DNA of 55,116 nucleotides, taken from IMG/VR virus record IMGVR_UViG_3300045825_000547; one strand, given 5' to 3'. This document shows positions 52,629 through 55,116 of this stretch, in pieces. A program made the translations under genes and the position numbers. This DNA comes from an uncultured virus (IMG/VR IMGVR_UViG_3300045825_000547) (Duplodnaviria; Heunggongvirae; Uroviricota; Caudoviricetes). How positions within the stretch are numbered: position 1 is the first letter of the stretch; each line of letters starts with the position of its first letter. Below the pieces are notes generated by a model. The model saw only the letters and a list, made by a program, of their open reading frames with translations, did no database searches and was not told the DNA's origin.

Positions 52629-54566
52629 ATGGGATTAATTTATAATAAAAGTCACATATTCACATTAGGTGTTAGAAATGCGTGCTACGAGACAAATTCC
52701 ACTGACTTTTTAAATCTTTATGATCCAGGAACGGGTGGTGCCTTTCATCGTACCTTTAGGGAAACAAACACTTTCCAGTTTATGGTGAATGGGTCTAATA
52801 AAAGTGAGATTTTATATTACAATGGTGTGTTAGTAGACACACGTATCCCTTATGGGGGTGGAGCTGAAGTTTTATGTACCGACCCAACTAAAGTAAATTG
52901 GTGTATTGTGAATAGGCAGGGGTATCTATGGATATATTTGCATGAGATAGATGGGATACATTCACTAGTTTATAGAACAGCTTCTAGGGTACTCAACACC
53001 CTCCGTAGAAAGCATATGGCGTTGCAGTTTAATCTTTCCACCAGTGTTCTTACGCTATTAGTGGATTCTTTACCAGAAGCTTTAGTTATTGACACAAGTG
53101 CTGGAACATTTAGAACTAGTGCAGCAAGTTTCACCGCACTTCAAGATGTAGCTAACGCCGGGTTTTTGGTAGGTGGTGGAAGTGCCTACTTTCCTACCCA
53201 AAAAGGAGATTTCACTCTCTATTATGATTCCTACATTGACAGAGCTCTTACACAATTAGAGATTAATGCTAAATACCAAGTGCTTCAAGATACTAGAGCT
53301 CTCCCTCCCCCAGGAGTTGGGAAAATATTGATAAGCTCGGACAGAGGGGCGAACGGGTATGACATTTATAGAGTTAATGGTGATTTCACTGACCCGATTA
53401 TTGAGGTGGGTGATGGCACTAACGCGTTGTATTACCCCCGTTGGAGTAGAAATACTGCGATAGATAATTTAACATATGTTTCTAATGAAGGGGGTAGTAA
53501 TCAATTTCCTAAAGTAAAATTAGGGAATAATCTTCATTATGCTTATGAATTTCATAGTACTATTCAAGGCTATGGTTTGAGTATAGGGGCTTATAGTGGC
53601 GCCTTAGCACCTACTTTAGATATTGATAATAAAATACATGGAATAGGTGTAGGTGCAACAGGTGGTAGCCAAGATACTGATTTTTGGGAAATAGATCCTT
53701 CTAATTCAGATAATTCTTTTTTCTATTTTTATGGAGTAGTTCCACCAACTGCAATTTCACATAATGCAGGCACATTCTTAAGATATGCCGGAAGTTCTGA
53801 TTCTCACCCCTTGAATAGAGATAAAATTGTAGTTGAACTTCAACATGATGCTTTTGGTGCTAGAATAGTTATTTGGGATAGAGCTACCAACACAATAGAT
53901 GATGTGCTTTACACAGACTCGTTTGTTGGTGGAAATAGAAACACAATGTACCAACCTAAATTTAACTACAACGGAACTCGTGTTGGGTTTACTACATACT
54001 TAAGTTATACCTACCCCGGACCGTATATGAATAAAACTGCGTTTGTGGTCAACTATGATGGAAGTAATTTAGTTAATGTGGGTACAGATGTAGACTTTCT
54101 AAGTTTTTGTTCGCACGGAGCTGCAGCAGATAAAACCTATTCTTTCTCCCGCCCGTTAGTTTCTCCTGAAGTGGTGACAATCACTTTAAACGGAGTGGTT
54201 TTAACAGCTATACCGTTTAATATAGATATGGCAACAACCCTTGATGATATAAAAACAGAATTGTTAACACAAGCTGCTGTAGATACCGTTACTATATCTG
54301 GAAATACTTTTAGGGTATTGGCAAAAATAGACAAGAGCTTAGACCTAGCTATAGTTATTAGCGGGAATGCCACCGTTATCACTGCTACTACTACAACCAA
54401 CACGATAGGCGTTGACACAGAGGTGCTGCTCCAGAAGTATGAATTAAGTATTACCTATGCAACTATGTACTACAGAATATACAAAAAGAACTTAAGAACT
54501 CTGGCGGAAGAGAATCTATCTGGGGACGTTCCATATAACGATTATTGGGCAGACTGGAAGGCATAA
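52629..54566 (+). CDS. Putative receptor-binding/tail-appendage protein (LamG-like plus TolB-like beta-propeller)
   Basis: DRALTQLEINAKY (LamG-like end); SDRGANGYDIYRVNGD, YYPRWS and YQPKFNYNGTRVGF (PD40-like blades). Confidence 0.55.
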   Translation: MGLIYNKSHIFTLGVRNACYETNSTDFLNLYDPGTGGAFHRTFRETNTFQFMVNGSNKSEILYYNGVLVDTRIPYGGGAEVLCTDPTKVNWCIVNRQGYLWIYLHEIDGIHSLVYRTASRVLNTLRRKHMALQFNLSTSVLTLLVDSLPEALVIDTSAGTFRTSAASFTALQDVANAGFLVGGGSAYFPTQKGDFTLYYDSYIDRALTQLEINAKYQVLQDTRALPPPGVGKILISSDRGANGYDIYRVNGDFTDPIIEVGDGTNALYYPRWSRNTAIDNLTYVSNEGGSNQFPKVKLGNNLHYAYEFHSTIQGYGLSIGAYSGALAPTLDIDNKIHGIGVGATGGSQDTDFWEIDPSNSDNSFFYFYGVVPPTAISHNAGTFLRYAGSSDSHPLNRDKIVVELQHDAFGARIVIWDRATNTIDDVLYTDSFVGGNRNTMYQPKFNYNGTRVGFTTYLSYTYPGPYMNKTAFVVNYDGSNLVNVGTDVDFLSFCSHGAAADKTYSFSRPLVSPEVVTITLNGVVLTAIPFNIDMATTLDDIKTELLTQAAVDTVTISGNTFRVLAKIDKSLDLAIVISGNATVITATTTTNTIGVDTEVLLQKYELSITYATMYYRIYKKNLRTLAEENLSGDVPYNDYWADWKA

Positions 54567-54568
54567 TC

Positions 54569-55116
54569 ATGGGCTTTATTGAAACTGTTCTGTCGGATGC
54601 GGAGAAAAACAAAGCCTTCTTTACCGAGATAAAAAAAGTGCTTCGTCAGCAGAACTACGACACTGCGATCCAAGACAAAGAGATAGATTTGATTCGTCAG
54701 ATGTATAGTCCTTCTGGGTTAATTATTCAAGAAAGGGTGAGCCAAGCAACAAGTAGATTTGATCCTGCAGCTAAACTCCCCGCAGAAGCGCTAAAGGGGT
54801 GGAGGAAACCACTAGCAGACCCTATTATTGTTACCTCCGAACAGGGGCCGAGAAATGGGACGCACCATGATGGAATAGACCTGGATGCGCATGTAGGCAC
54901 GCCGGTATTTGCCGCCAAAGCTGGCAGGGTTGTTACAGCAAGTTGGGAGGGAGGGTACGGGTACTCCGTAGTGATAAACCACGGAGATGGGATCTTTACA
55001 AGATATGCACATAATAGCGCTTTGCGTGTTAGGGTTGGCGAACAAGTGGCACAGGGACAACAGATTTCTTTTGCAGGAAAAAGTGGTCATAGCTTTGGTG
55101 CGCATCTCCATTTTGA
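54569..55116 (+). CDS. M23-family metallopeptidase (3' end outside window; not in ORF track)
   Basis: HDGID ... GTPVFAAKAGRV ... GGYG..VVINH ... TRYAH ... G.SG...GAHLHF; HxxxD and HxH Zn motifs intact. Confidence 0.9.
   Translation, partial: MGFIETVLSDAEKNKAFFTEIKKVLRQQNYDTAIQDKEIDLIRQMYSPSGLIIQERVSQATSRFDPAAKLPAEALKGWRKPLADPIIVTSEQGPRNGTHHDGIDLDAHVGTPVFAAKAGRVVTASWEGGYGYSVVINHGDGIFTRYAHNSALRVRVGEQVAQGQQISFAGKSGHSFGAHLHF

Noticed and set aside
1..55116. Stop-codon reassignment as seen in some large phages
   Set aside because: Long intact ORFs and dense coding under code 11; TAA, TAG and TGA all end genes at coupled junctions

Overview
A 55-kb segment of a large ('jumbo'-type) myovirus-like bacteriophage genome in the standard genetic code; no tRNA, rRNA, CRISPR array, integrase or transposase was seen. 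Two kinds of DNA alternate. (1) Plus-strand blocks of short, translationally coupled hypothetical genes (1-19.4 kb, 29.2-34.3 kb). These are driven by a repeated promoter-like motif (5 copies, wAA-N15-TGGCATAAG) and carry conserved leader hairpins and terminators. About 30 of these genes share a divergent signature, N-terminal (P)x[DG][VIL]W[YF] plus downstream [AV]PxxxAExL, and 18 of them form an unbroken tandem array at 12229-19367. (2) Virion morphogenesis genes: baseplate J-like, gp25-like, spike, hub, tape measure with chaperones (probable -1 frameshift), wedge, a receptor-binding protein and an M23 peptidase. Several Gly/Ala-rich proteins here carry K-x-A(S) motifs and an N-terminal 'RIxxYLEKSA' leader. 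The most striking candidate system is a FliA/WhiG-like sigma domain inside the structural operon, fused behind a roughly 290-aa pro-region with an EKAAS motif exactly at the junction. The repeated early promoter has sigma28-like geometry. Together these suggest a virion-packaged, protease-released sigma factor that launches early transcription. This is inference from manual reading; no database searches were run.
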